Below are positions 19,190 through 28,162 of a stretch of 64,000 nucleotides of DNA, in pieces; the stretch's first letter is position 1; every line of letters begins with the position of its first letter. The notes below the pieces were generated by a model. That model ran no database searches and had not been told where the DNA came from. It was given only the letters and a program-made list of their open reading frames with translations. This stretch comes from Candidatus Bathyarchaeota archaeon (GTDB lineage: Archaea; Thermoproteota; Bathyarchaeia; Bathyarchaeales; Bathycorpusculaceae): contig CAWEPZ010000009.1 of NCBI GenBank assembly GCA_963811105.1, positions 128,001 to 192,000 of the forward strand, read 5' to 3'. The position numbers and the translations under genes were made by a program.

Positions 19190-19885
19190 ATGGATTATTA
19201 CAGAAAGCTCGCAATAATTGCGGGAGTATTATTTATCATTTATACAAGTGGAGATATCCTAAGCTTCTTATTTACGGGACCTGTGTCGGCTCCGGATTAT
19301 CTTGTTAGTGTTTCTGCAAATAGAGGTCTAGTAGGAACAGGAGCCCTTCTTTTGTTCAACGGTGGTCTTTGCGCTTCTGGTATTGCAATTGCGCTATATC
19401 CAGTGCTAAAAAAATTCAATGCAGGGTTAGCTCTTGGAGCTGTTGGTTTCAGGATTTCTGAGGGAGTATTACGTTTTGTTACTGTGTCTGCCCTACTATT
19501 ACTAATAATATTAAGCCAGCAATTTGTACAAGCTGGAGCTCCTGATTCATCGTTTTTCCAAACCTTAGGCGTATTGCTAGTAGCAGGTTTTGAAAGCGGT
19601 TTTGGGTCGATACTGGCTTTTTCCATAGGTGCTCTGCTATATTATATCATATTTTATCGAACAAAACTAGTTCCTCGATGGATATCGGTCTGGGGTCTTG
19701 CTGCTGCCATATTGACCATATTATCATTCGTGTTAGCTACGGTCGGCCTCATCGCTCCTGGCAGTACGGAAGAAACCGTTTTGGCTCTTCCAATGCTCCC
19801 GCAAGAAATGGTTCTTGCGGTATGGCTGATAGCTAAAGGATTCAATCCATCTGTAATTGCTTCCAAGTCTCCTCAAGTGGAATAG
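19190..19885 (+). CDS. DUF4386 family membrane protein
   Basis: LYPVLKK, LVPRWISVWG, EMVLAVWLIAKGF. Confidence 0.85.
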   Translation: MDYYRKLAIIAGVLFIIYTSGDILSFLFTGPVSAPDYLVSVSANRGLVGTGALLLFNGGLCASGIAIALYPVLKKFNAGLALGAVGFRISEGVLRFVTVSALLLLIILSQQFVQAGAPDSSFFQTLGVLLVAGFESGFGSILAFSIGALLYYIIFYRTKLVPRWISVWGLAAAILTILSFVLATVGLIAPGSTEETVLALPMLPQEMVLAVWLIAKGFNPSVIASKSPQVE

Positions 19886-19997
19886 TTGAATAACCATGGA
19901 AACCCCAGCGTACCAGGAGTCATCTTGTTTTTATGATGAGGGGCGCACGCGCTCGGCGACAAGTGTTAAATAAAGGAAAAAGACATAAAGGCAAGTC

Positions 19998-20411
19998 ATG
20001 GGCGCCAAAACTTCAAAGCCAAATTATGCTAGCTTAATTACCAAAATTCTGATAGTTCTGGTCATACTCAACATTGCTGGGGACGTTTTAGCTGCGGCGT
20101 TTTTTCTGTGGGACCCTTCCTTAGGAGAGTTGTCAGTATACGGCGGTTTGATTGCAAGTTTTGCGGGAAAAAATGGTGCCGTTATGATAACAAGCGCCAT
20201 TCTTTTAGGCTACGCGGTGGTTTACGCTGTTTCTGTCTTTGGGTTGTTAAGTAAATTAAAGTGGGCACCGCCTCTGGTTATTGCCGTTTCGGTAGTGAAT
20301 CGCGCGCTTGCTCTGGGGGTTATTTTTGAGCCAAACGTTGCTTGGCTAATCTGGTCAGCGTGGAAACTCGTCATAATAGCTTTAGCTGGGTATCTTTGGC
20401 GCAAAATGTAA
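19998..20411 (+). CDS. Hypothetical membrane protein
   Basis: Four hydrophobic segments. Confidence 0.65.
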   Translation: MGAKTSKPNYASLITKILIVLVILNIAGDVLAAAFFLWDPSLGELSVYGGLIASFAGKNGAVMITSAILLGYAVVYAVSVFGLLSKLKWAPPLVIAVSVVNRALALGVIFEPNVAWLIWSAWKLVIIALAGYLWRKM

Positions 20412-20489
20412 TTTAACTTTTGGAGGCGCTCCCTGTTTGGGGAGAGTATCTAAACCGCATCTTAGTTGACCATTTCACCAATCATTCGA

Positions 20490-21428
20490 CTAAGCGGGCA
20501 AGCTATGCTGCAAAGTTATGACGACGTTTCCTTTTTTGTGCCCCGTTTCTACATAGCGGTGGGCTTCGACAATCTGCTCCAAAGGATACGTCCTATCGAT
20601 GACTGCTTTTAGTTTGCCTGCTTCAATTAGACCGCTAAGTGTTGACAAATCATTTGGCTCCATGCCCCCGTTCCCCCAAGTGGAGAGAAAAACGCCGTAT
20701 TCTGTCAGCGATCCCTTCGCCTTTGAACGCGAAATTTTGCCTACTGCGTCAAAAACCAAGTCATACCTCTGACCATTTTTGGCGAAATCTTCTTTGGCGT
20801 AATCAATCACAACATCCGCCCCTAAAGATTTGACTAACTCCAAATTAGCGGCGCTGCATACGCCGGTAACTTGTGCCCCGTAATTTTTAGCAAGCTGAAC
20901 GGCGTAAGTGCCAACGCTTCCCGACGCGCCATAAACAAGAATTTTCTGCCCGTTCTTGACGTTTGCTTTCCTAAGAAAAGCCAGCGCAGTCATACCGCCA
21001 ATGGGAACAGCAGCAGCTTCCTCAAAAGTCAAATTTGCCGGTTTCTTTGCGACCTCGATAACTACTCTTCCCACCACGTCTGTATCTGGAAGACAAATAT
21101 ATTCGGCATATCCCCCACCAAAACCGGTTGCAGCAAAGACTTCATCACCAACCCTAAATTTTTCTACACCTTTGCCAATTGTCTCGACTACCCCAGACAC
21201 TTCCATCCCAAGGACTTTATTTTTTGGCCCTGTTAAACCTAAAGCAAACCGGGCAGGGAGCCAAAAATGGGCTGGCACTTTGAAGCCTCGCATTCTTATG
21301 TCTCCTGCAGTCACGGTTGTGGCATTTATTTTCACCAGTACTTCATTGTCTTTTGGAACTGGTTTTTCTATTTCCTTGAGGTGAAGAACCTCTGGGGAGC
21401 CATATTTTTCGTATATTGCTGCTTTCAT
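20490..21428 (-). CDS. NAD(P)-dependent MDR-family oxidoreductase (quinone reductase-like)
   Basis: [29 protein letters not shown]. Confidence 0.9.
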   Translation of the reverse strand: MKAAIYEKYGSPEVLHLKEIEKPVPKDNEVLVKINATTVTAGDIRMRGFKVPAHFWLPARFALGLTGPKNKVLGMEVSGVVETIGKGVEKFRVGDEVFAATGFGGGYAEYICLPDTDVVGRVVIEVAKKPANLTFEEAAAVPIGGMTALAFLRKANVKNGQKILVYGASGSVGTYAVQLAKNYGAQVTGVCSAANLELVKSLGADVVIDYAKEDFAKNGQRYDLVFDAVGKISRSKAKGSLTEYGVFLSTWGNGGMEPNDLSTLSGLIEAGKLKAVIDRTYPLEQIVEAHRYVETGHKKGNVVITLQHSLPA

Positions 21429-21483
21429 TTCGATTACCCTTTATTGAAAGTTGATTTTTAACTTTAAAAGAAGAAGGAGAAGG

Positions 21484-21885
21484 CTAACCTTCCTGTTTAG
21501 GCCACTTCCATGCATACCAAACAATTAGTGCAATAAACACAACTTCTAAAATCTCATAAAATACATAATAAGCCCAAGTCTCTCCTGGTGCAAGCAGTGC
21601 AGGGACCAAAACACCAGCATAGACTATACCCGCAATGATGTTTACCCGGCGATTCACTTTAGCCGGCAATGCTAGAGACAAGAAAATCATAAAAATCGGA
21701 ATAGCCATTAATATTGCAGCTCCAACCAAAAATACTTGATTAAGCGCTTTTTCTCCTGATAGTACTTTCTCTACCATATCTTGCCTATAGGATCCGAAAA
21801 CATCGTTATATAAATAAAGAAACATTAAAGCTACCCATAATGTTGAAAGCTTTATCTTCACATTTATCTTCACATCTTCTAACAT
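21484..21885 (-). CDS. DUF6326 family membrane protein
   Basis: KLSTLWVALMFLYLYND, IVWYAWKWP. Confidence 0.8.
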   Translation of the reverse strand: MLEDVKINVKIKLSTLWVALMFLYLYNDVFGSYRQDMVEKVLSGEKALNQVFLVGAAILMAIPIFMIFLSLALPAKVNRRVNIIAGIVYAGVLVPALLAPGETWAYYVFYEILEVVFIALIVWYAWKWPKQEG

Positions 21886-22093
21886 TGACTTATCTCTCTC
21901 CCCACATTGACAGTTAGGGGGGTATCTGTCGATTTGGATTTAAGACTTGTGTTTGAATACACTAAGAAAGGAAAGAAACTCTTCCCAGAAAATGTCAAGT
22001 AACTGCTTTTACTTACGCGTGTGAAAAAATTTCTGATTTACTTTTGAGGCAAAATACTATTATCCTTTAAAGTAATTATTCCTACATATCAAA

Positions 22094-23074
22094 ATGAAAG
22101 CGATTGTCCACACAAAATACGGTTCTTCTGATGTTCTTCGAACCAAAGAGGTAGAGAGACCTACTCCCAAGGATAATGAAGTACTGATTAAGGTTCAGGC
22201 GGTATCCGTTAATAGATCTGACTGGGAGGGATTGACAGGCTCACCTTTGTATGCCCGCTTTGGGGGTCTTCTTAAACCACGGTACCAGATACTCGGATCG
22301 GATATAGCCGGGCGAGTTGAGATGGTTGGCAGAAACGTCTCGCGATTTCAAACAGGGGATGAGGTCTTCGGAGATACCTCGTTTCGTATGGGTGGTTTTG
22401 CAGAGTATGCCTGCGCTCTTGAAGAAACCTTAGCGCTGAAACCAACCAGTATGACATTCGAGGAGGCAGCGACAATCCCACAAGGAGCTGTGATCGCTTT
22501 ACAGGGGATTCGAGATAAAGGACAAATCCAGCCAGGTCAAAAGGTTTTAATTAATGGCGCTGGCGGCGGCGCAGGTATGTTTGCAGTGCAGCTTGCTAAG
22601 TTATACGGGGCTGAGGTGACTGGAGTGGATAACACCGACAAGCTGGATTTTATGCATTCGCTTGGTGCTGACCATGTCATTGATTACATTAAAGAAGACT
22701 TTACCAAAAATGGACAGCAGTATGATCTGATACTTGATGTAGTAGCTAATCGTTCGGTCTTCGCCTATAAGCGGGCGCTAAGGCTCAATGGAAGCTATTT
22801 TGCTGTCGGAGGTTCTGCAGCTAGACTTTTCCAGATTTTGCTCCTGGGACCATGGATTAGAAGAACATCAGGCAAGAAAATACGGATCCTGGCGGTTCAA
22901 CCAAATCTAAAAGATTTGGTTTATATAACGGAGCTTTGTGAAGCCGGCAAAATCATCCCATTTATTGATAAACGGTATTCGTTAAATGAGGTTCCTGAAG
23001 CGCTTCAGTATCTTGGTGAAGGACGTGTCAAAGGAAAAGTTGTCATAATTGTTAAGCTTAACCTTGATCCGTAG
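22094..23074 (+). CDS. NAD(P)-dependent MDR-family oxidoreductase
   Basis: GSDIAG, NGAGGGAG, GRVKGKVVI. Confidence 0.9.
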   Translation: MKAIVHTKYGSSDVLRTKEVERPTPKDNEVLIKVQAVSVNRSDWEGLTGSPLYARFGGLLKPRYQILGSDIAGRVEMVGRNVSRFQTGDEVFGDTSFRMGGFAEYACALEETLALKPTSMTFEEAATIPQGAVIALQGIRDKGQIQPGQKVLINGAGGGAGMFAVQLAKLYGAEVTGVDNTDKLDFMHSLGADHVIDYIKEDFTKNGQQYDLILDVVANRSVFAYKRALRLNGSYFAVGGSAARLFQILLLGPWIRRTSGKKIRILAVQPNLKDLVYITELCEAGKIIPFIDKRYSLNEVPEALQYLGEGRVKGKVVIIVKLNLDP

Positions 23075-23247
23075 CTTTGTTGCCTTAGTCTTTATCGAAG
23101 TCCTTTCAACTTTTGGCAATCCAAGCAACTCCTATGTCTACCTTCTGATCGACACAGTAATGAACATTCCAAGGATCCTTAGCTCCTGGAATAGTTATTG
23201 GCTAACTATACACAAGGGCGTACGGACAAACCTAATTTTGGTCTGCG

Positions 23248-23516
23248 TTTTGAACCAGTTCGGGCATGGTGACGGGCAGCTTCAAACCTTGGTCAAAACT
23301 TAGGAAAATAGCCCTATTCAATGAGTCTCACCCCTGGGACTCATACCGTGTAGGGGGTAAGCCGGTACGACCTGCCCATGTTTTTTAGATAATGTAGTAA
23401 CGACGGCTTAAACGACGGTGTCAATCTAGCCCTCGGCACCAAATACCCTTAATTTGAGGTTATTTTGCAATATTGGGCATAAATTACAACATTATGTGCG
23501 CTCTGCAAGGAGGGTA
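23248..23516. repeat. Junction B: intact right arm, tRNA-Phe 3' copy (23429-23441), left arm
   Basis: Homologous to junctions A and C. Confidence 0.9.
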
Positions 23517-23659
23517 ATGAGATATGAAAGAAGGAACGTTTCTGCTCATAGATTTTGTCGGAAAAGCAAAATAATGGTTGAAGCAAACAATATTGTTTGA
23601 CGATTGGAGGTAGCAGGTTGATTTCGGGGACAAGGGGCCTCCAAATATTTTTCTAAATG

Positions 23660-23929
23660 TTAGAGCATTTTTGAAAAGTCATCGTACACTTTGCTTCTAT
23701 GGCCGACAAAAAGAATGACTACTTGGTTTTTGTTTTGGTCTATTTCATAGATGACGCGGTAGTCGCCTACTCGTAGACTCCAGAAATCTGATTGTTTTAG
23801 GGGTTTTCCTATTTTGTCGGGGTTTTCACGTAGTTGTTTTGCGCTATCGATTATTCTGGTTCGGATGTGTTCTTCAGTTTTTTGGAGTTCTTTTGCTGCT
23901 TTAGGATGCAGAAGTACTTTGAAAGTCAC
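23660..23929 (-). CDS. RelE/ParE family type II toxin
   Basis: HPKAAKEL, GKPLK, LRVGDYRVIY, VGHRSKVY. Confidence 0.9.
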   Translation of the reverse strand: MTFKVLLHPKAAKELQKTEEHIRTRIIDSAKQLRENPDKIGKPLKQSDFWSLRVGDYRVIYEIDQNKNQVVILFVGHRSKVYDDFSKML

Positions 23930-24147
23930 TCTAGTTCCTCTATAGGAATGAGGGATTCTGGGTGTTGTTTTGCTTCTTCGCTTCGTTCCATGAGTGTGTT
24001 AAAGAAGTTGCATGTTTTTTCGCGTTCTTGGTAGTACGTGATGATTGATTTTATGGCGTCGCTTCGGTTTTTGAAGCGGCCTTCTGCTACCCATCCATCT
24101 ATTTCCTCGAGGGTTTTTTGTGGAAGACGTAGTTGTACTTGAGCCAA
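23926..24147 (-). CDS. Ribbon-helix-helix antitoxin
   Basis: VQLRLP..LEEID..GRFKNRSDAI; 4-bp overlap with toxin. Confidence 0.85.
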   Translation of the reverse strand: MAQVQLRLPQKTLEEIDGWVAEGRFKNRSDAIKSIITYYQEREKTCNFFNTLMERSEEAKQHPESLIPIEELE

Positions 24148-24157
24148 ATATGTCGCC

Positions 24158-24175
24158 GTAAACAGTACTGTTTAC
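24158..24175. promoter_or_regulatory. Putative TA autoregulatory operator
   Basis: Perfect 18-bp palindrome GTAAACAGTACTGTTTAC 10 bp upstream of the antitoxin start. Confidence 0.7.
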
Positions 24176-24435
24176 AACTCACTTAAACGTTTCCTAAACA
24201 ACCATCCGAATCAGTCTTCTTAGCCCTTGAGATGCCTTCAACTGAGGTTCCATAGGAACTTTCAAGGATAACACAGAAACAAGAAATGGAGACATGGAGT
24301 TTTCTAACTATATTAGTCTTAGCTATAGTTTTGTCAGTGATTGCTATTGCGACAGTTGTAGTTATCTATAAAAAATTGAAACTCATGGAAGAGACCACTT
24401 TTTGCCTAATAATTAAGAAAACTATGATCTAAAAT

Positions 24436-24576
24436 TAGGAAATAGCCTTATTCGGTAAGTCTTAGCATAGGGACTCATACCGTGTAGAGGATAAGCCCAG
24501 TATGACCTGCCCCTGTTTTTTAGATAATGTTGTAACGACGGCTTAAACGACGGTTTCAAGCTAGCCCTCGGCGCCA
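24436..24576. repeat. Junction C: right arm plus terminal att copy
   Basis: GGGACTCATACCGTG...AACGACGGCTTAAACGACGG...CTAGCCCTCGGCGCCA; no left arm follows. Confidence 0.9.
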
Positions 24577-24647
24577 TAACTTCTTCTGTTTCTGAGACGT
24601 TCACATTTATTTCTTCAATTTCACAAATCTGATAGAGAGGAATATGA

Positions 24648-25201
24648 ATGGAACTTAATTAGTGCATTAAAGGTGGAAGAAGCATTAGAGCTTATACGGC
24701 TGAACCAGTTTCGAAAGAACAAATTAACGCTACCTTGGAAGCAGGCATATGGGTGCCCAAAGCGATGAATAGACAGCCGTGGAAGTTCATAATCATAGAA
24801 GACAAGAAACTACTCAAGCTCATATCTGAGAAACTAAGATTTTAGTCAAGCAAATGATGCCTCGGTTAGCTAAAAATTTTTGCACTGAAGCGGATATTGT
24901 CTGTTACAACGCACCCGTGATCATATTAGTTTGCACAGAGAAGGATGAACAATGGATAACTTAGACGTCATCGACAGTGTTCTTGCTGCACAAAACATGT
25001 TCTTAAAGGTTTATGAGTTGGGGCTTGGAACATGCTAAATGGGCTTAGTTAACTTCCTAAAACCCAAACCTGACATTCTCAAAAAAAATTGGCGTTCCGG
25101 AGAATTATCAAATGATGGTACCTTTCATTTTAGGTCACCCAAAAACCAAACAAGGCACGGGAAAAAGGAAGAAACCAGAAATCAAAGAATGGCTGACGTA
25201 A
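24648..25201 (+). pseudogene. Nitroreductase family pseudogene
   Basis: RSIRAY, MNRQPWKF, YNAPVII, AAQNMFL, LGLGTC with in-frame stops and frameshifts. Confidence 0.85.
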
Positions 25202-25266
25202 AATCACCGCAAAAAATAGAGTCAGACAACGAAAGACTCGCATAAAATTCAATAATCGGAAGCCGT

Positions 25267-25860
25267 TCACTTTTTCTTTTCACCTTTCGGCATTACAATT
25301 CCATTACAAGGATCACCGTAAACAACTGCTTCGCCCTCCAAAAACAGTCTTCCAACATACGCACATGTAACTGCGTCAAGTTCATGATCGCTCATCGGGC
25401 TGTTTACCCCCTTAATTCCCAGGTTTTCTAAGCCTGCCCTAAGATTCTCAAGTCCTTTTTGTTTTCTCGGAATCCCTAAAACATCCTGTGCGCCTCCAGG
25501 ATAAACCTTCAGTGCAATCAAGTTTAGCTCTTCTAGAATATGCCGTAAATGCATTCCTCTTTTGGTTAGCTGTCTCATTGGACCCAAGGTGATCGGAAAG
25601 AACTTTATGCCTCTCTTGAGAAGCTCCCTATCGCATTCTCTTAGGTGGATACTTGTTCTTTCTTCTAGAGATTTTCTTCCAGGTGGCAGGCTTAAAGGGG
25701 CATCGATAGCAATTACTCTAGGTTTGATTTCTTTAATTTTTGAGAATATTTCCTTGTCTTCGTAGACCAAGCAAACTTCAGCTTTCATGTCTGTCAATTT
25801 ACAGAAACCTGTAGGTCTATTTTCGACACCGGCCAAATCCACACCAACAATTGAAACTAC
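25267..25860 (-). CDS. DUF429 family (RNase H-fold) protein
   Basis: IVGVDLAG, IAIDAPL, DHELDAV; start uncertain. Confidence 0.85.
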   Translation of the reverse strand, partial: VVSIVGVDLAGVENRPTGFCKLTDMKAEVCLVYEDKEIFSKIKEIKPRVIAIDAPLSLPPGRKSLEERTSIHLRECDRELLKRGIKFFPITLGPMRQLTKRGMHLRHILEELNLIALKVYPGGAQDVLGIPRKQKGLENLRAGLENLGIKGVNSPMSDHELDAVTCAYVGRLFLEGEAVVYGDPCNGIVMPKGEKKK

Positions 25861-26180
25861 AAAAACCTCTTTTAAATTAATGAAAGCGGTCCAATAGCTG
25901 AATATTAAACAGTTTTCGTTTAGATTATTTAATATATCATCCTTTTATTTGGCTCTGCCATTTTGGCTTGGACAAAGTTGTTATTAATGTTTAAAAACTA
26001 ACGCATTTAATCAATGTTGGCTCACCGCAATTTGGCATCTTTGAGCTTCATTAGAGGCTGAAAATAATGGTTTTCATCATATGTTGCGTTAAAAAAGCGC
26101 TTTTCTATTCCTTTTAGAAGCAAGCTATAGAAAACGTTTTATGTTGATACATACGATAACATTCATTCAAAGGGATAATT

Positions 26181-26345
26181 ATGGCAAAATGCCCCACTTG
26201 TGGAAAAGAAGTTAAAACAGCAAAGAAAACTTGGAAAATGGCAGGTAAACCTGACAAAAAAGGAAAACGGACCCAGCTTACCATAGCACTCTACGATTGC
26301 TGCGGTAAAACTTTCCGTGAAGTCCTAGATAAGAAAAAGATCTAA
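26181..26345 (+). CDS. Cren7-like chromatin protein with Cys ligands (54 aa)
   Basis: MAKCPTCGKEVKTAKKTWKMAGKPDKKGKRTQLTIALYDCCGKTFREVLDKKKI; below track length cutoff. Confidence 0.75.
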   Translation: MAKCPTCGKEVKTAKKTWKMAGKPDKKGKRTQLTIALYDCCGKTFREVLDKKKI

Positions 26346-26434
26346 GCACAACAAGCATACTTTCCGATTTTCTTTTTCTATTTTTTCTCCTATTAACCAA
26401 AGTCTTTTGGATGGCAATGAAACGTTATTGTTTG

Positions 26435-27103
26435 TTAAGTTATTAATGTGCAAACGGTTTCTTGCTTGTTTAAAATAGCCTCGACCCTTTCGGGATACAA
26501 ACCGTTAACCACAAAACATTCAATTTGAAACTGCAAAAGCAGTCTAGCCAAAACCTTGTCGACACTTGTTCGTTTTTCCATAGTTAACAATTCCTTGGCG
26601 AATATTCTTTTAAACAATTTAGCATCCGAACATTTTTTAGGGTCACAGGTAAAGATTCCATCAACATCAGTTACTAGAACAACTTTTCTCACGCTCAATT
26701 GGCGTGCAATGCAAATAGTAATAGAGTCAGAAGTAACATCCCACGAGTTTGCCAAAGGGTCTGAATTAAGCATAAAATCAGAGGGTAAAAAGACGGGCAA
26801 TTTACTCAATTCTAAAAGCTTCTGAACTTTTTCAAGCTTGTTTACAAGACAAGAATTTGAAATTAAGTCTGATACCACAAGACCATATTGATCCATGCCT
26901 AAAATTGCCATTCTATGGGAAGCTTTGCACGATAAGTTAAAACGTTTATCATAGTCCCTTGCTAAGTCAGCGAATTCTCCGCCTCCCGGTACCACAATCA
27001 GCTTATGCGTCTTACTTAATTCACTTAACTTTGTACATAATTCTCTTAGCTTTTCAGGGTATAACGCTAAGCTACCACCTATTTTTACTGCAATGGCGTC
27101 CAT
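26435..27103 (-). CDS. mfnE: Amino-acid-kinase family, methanofuran pathway kinase
   Basis: VKIGGSL, VPGGGEFAD, SWDVTSDS, TDVDG; operon context. Confidence 0.78.
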   Translation of the reverse strand: MDAIAVKIGGSLALYPEKLRELCTKLSELSKTHKLIVVPGGGEFADLARDYDKRFNLSCKASHRMAILGMDQYGLVVSDLISNSCLVNKLEKVQKLLELSKLPVFLPSDFMLNSDPLANSWDVTSDSITICIARQLSVRKVVLVTDVDGIFTCDPKKCSDAKLFKRIFAKELLTMEKRTSVDKVLARLLLQFQIECFVVNGLYPERVEAILNKQETVCTLIT

Positions 27104-28161
27104 TTGATGATTTCTCCTTCGAGTTTGCTAGCAACCATCAAGGCAACAGCAAACGCAGGAGTCGCTAAGGTAGCATCGTTTTGAATTAATGTTCCCAAAT
27201 CAACTATGGTTTTAATATTAATTTGCTGGGCAGCTCTCCTTGCGATAAAATCTTTGCCAAGACCTGTAACAACCACAGGTACTTTAGTTGAGGTCAGCTT
27301 TTCGGTGTAAGCGATAACTTTGGTTAAGCCTTCTGCAACCTGCATGATTTGTTGGGATTGAATGTATTTTGCAATGCTGATAATTTCTCGTTGAGTCAAC
27401 ATTTCTCTATCCGCGCAAACTACCCTTGCTATCCTAGCTAAAGCTTCAGGTAAAGTTTTTCCTCTTCCATCAGCAGTCTCGCAGCAATACTGTTTCTCCA
27501 GTATGTTGCCTAATACTAAATGAACGTCAGCAGACAACGCAAAAAGTTCAGAAGCAACACCCGCAATGCCCATTTTGACTGGCACAGAATGCACAATGGC
27601 CGCAACATTAGTCCTTAAACTTCCCGTGTAAACTAGTTCTCCGCAGATAAGCTTCTCCAAATCTGTCATGCCCTTCGCCACAACTTGCCCATTTACGATG
27701 GGAATTATGCTAGCGCTTGTGCTTCCAACATCCATCACCACACAGTCCTTAACAACCTCTGAAACCAACCAACCTGTTGCAGCCCAATTAGCTGCCGCAA
27801 CCGTAAGCGGCTGCTCTTCAGCCAATCTAAGAGGCACAATTTCGGAGTTTGTGGTTAAAACGTATACCGTCTCATTTGGAAAAGCTTCTTTAATACAGTT
27901 TAGAATTTTGTGTACGCCTTCTCGTTTCGTAGCGAACGCGTCAGATAATTCAGCTGTCATGGTTACGCCCAAGGCATCAAGTCTGTTGGTGCCCAAGCTT
28001 TTCTTTAGTGCTAAGAGGATATTGACGAGTTTTTCTGGCTCTTTCCAAATTGGAAAGTACTCAATTGCCTCCTTAATGTCCTCTATTTTGCCGTCTTTTG
28101 TGGTTATTACGGCAGCTTTGGTATTAGCGCCCCCAACATCGTAACCTAACACGCATACCAA
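27085..28161 (-). CDS. mfnF: Hydantoinase/oxoprolinase-family methanofuran synthesis protein
   Basis: DVGGANTK, MTAELSD, AAANWAA, DVGSTS, ELVYTG. Confidence 0.82.
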   Translation of the reverse strand: MVCVLGYDVGGANTKAAVITTKDGKIEDIKEAIEYFPIWKEPEKLVNILLALKKSLGTNRLDALGVTMTAELSDAFATKREGVHKILNCIKEAFPNETVYVLTTNSEIVPLRLAEEQPLTVAAANWAATGWLVSEVVKDCVVMDVGSTSASIIPIVNGQVVAKGMTDLEKLICGELVYTGSLRTNVAAIVHSVPVKMGIAGVASELFALSADVHLVLGNILEKQYCCETADGRGKTLPEALARIARVVCADREMLTQREIISIAKYIQSQQIMQVAEGLTKVIAYTEKLTSTKVPVVVTGLGKDFIARRAAQQINIKTIVDLGTLIQNDATLATPAFAVALMVASKLEGEIIKWTPLQ

Positions 28162-28162
28162 G

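Larger units (their letters stand above)
18387..23441. mobile_element. tRNA-Phe-array cargo unit 2 (no integrase)
   Basis: Left arm, cargo, right arm, core at 23429-23441. Confidence 0.75.
23442..24576. mobile_element. tRNA-Phe-array cargo unit 3 (1135 bp, toxin-antitoxin)
   Basis: Left arm, TA pair, right arm, core GCCCTCGGCGCCA at 24564-24576. Confidence 0.75.

Noticed and set aside
16378-24576. CRISPR array
   Set aside because: Repeats are over 100 bp with kb-scale gene-containing spacers, and no cas genes are present
24422-24604. Arm-encoded peptide (PRAxLxPSFKPSL) with A-AAA-AAC slippery site and downstream hairpin, suggesting a -1 frameshift
   Set aside because: Phase fits, but neither frame is conserved or stays open across the three copies; better explained as non-coding conservation
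24648-25201. In-frame TAG as pyrrolysine recoding
   Set aside because: The same gene has a TAA and several frameshifts, which indicates decay
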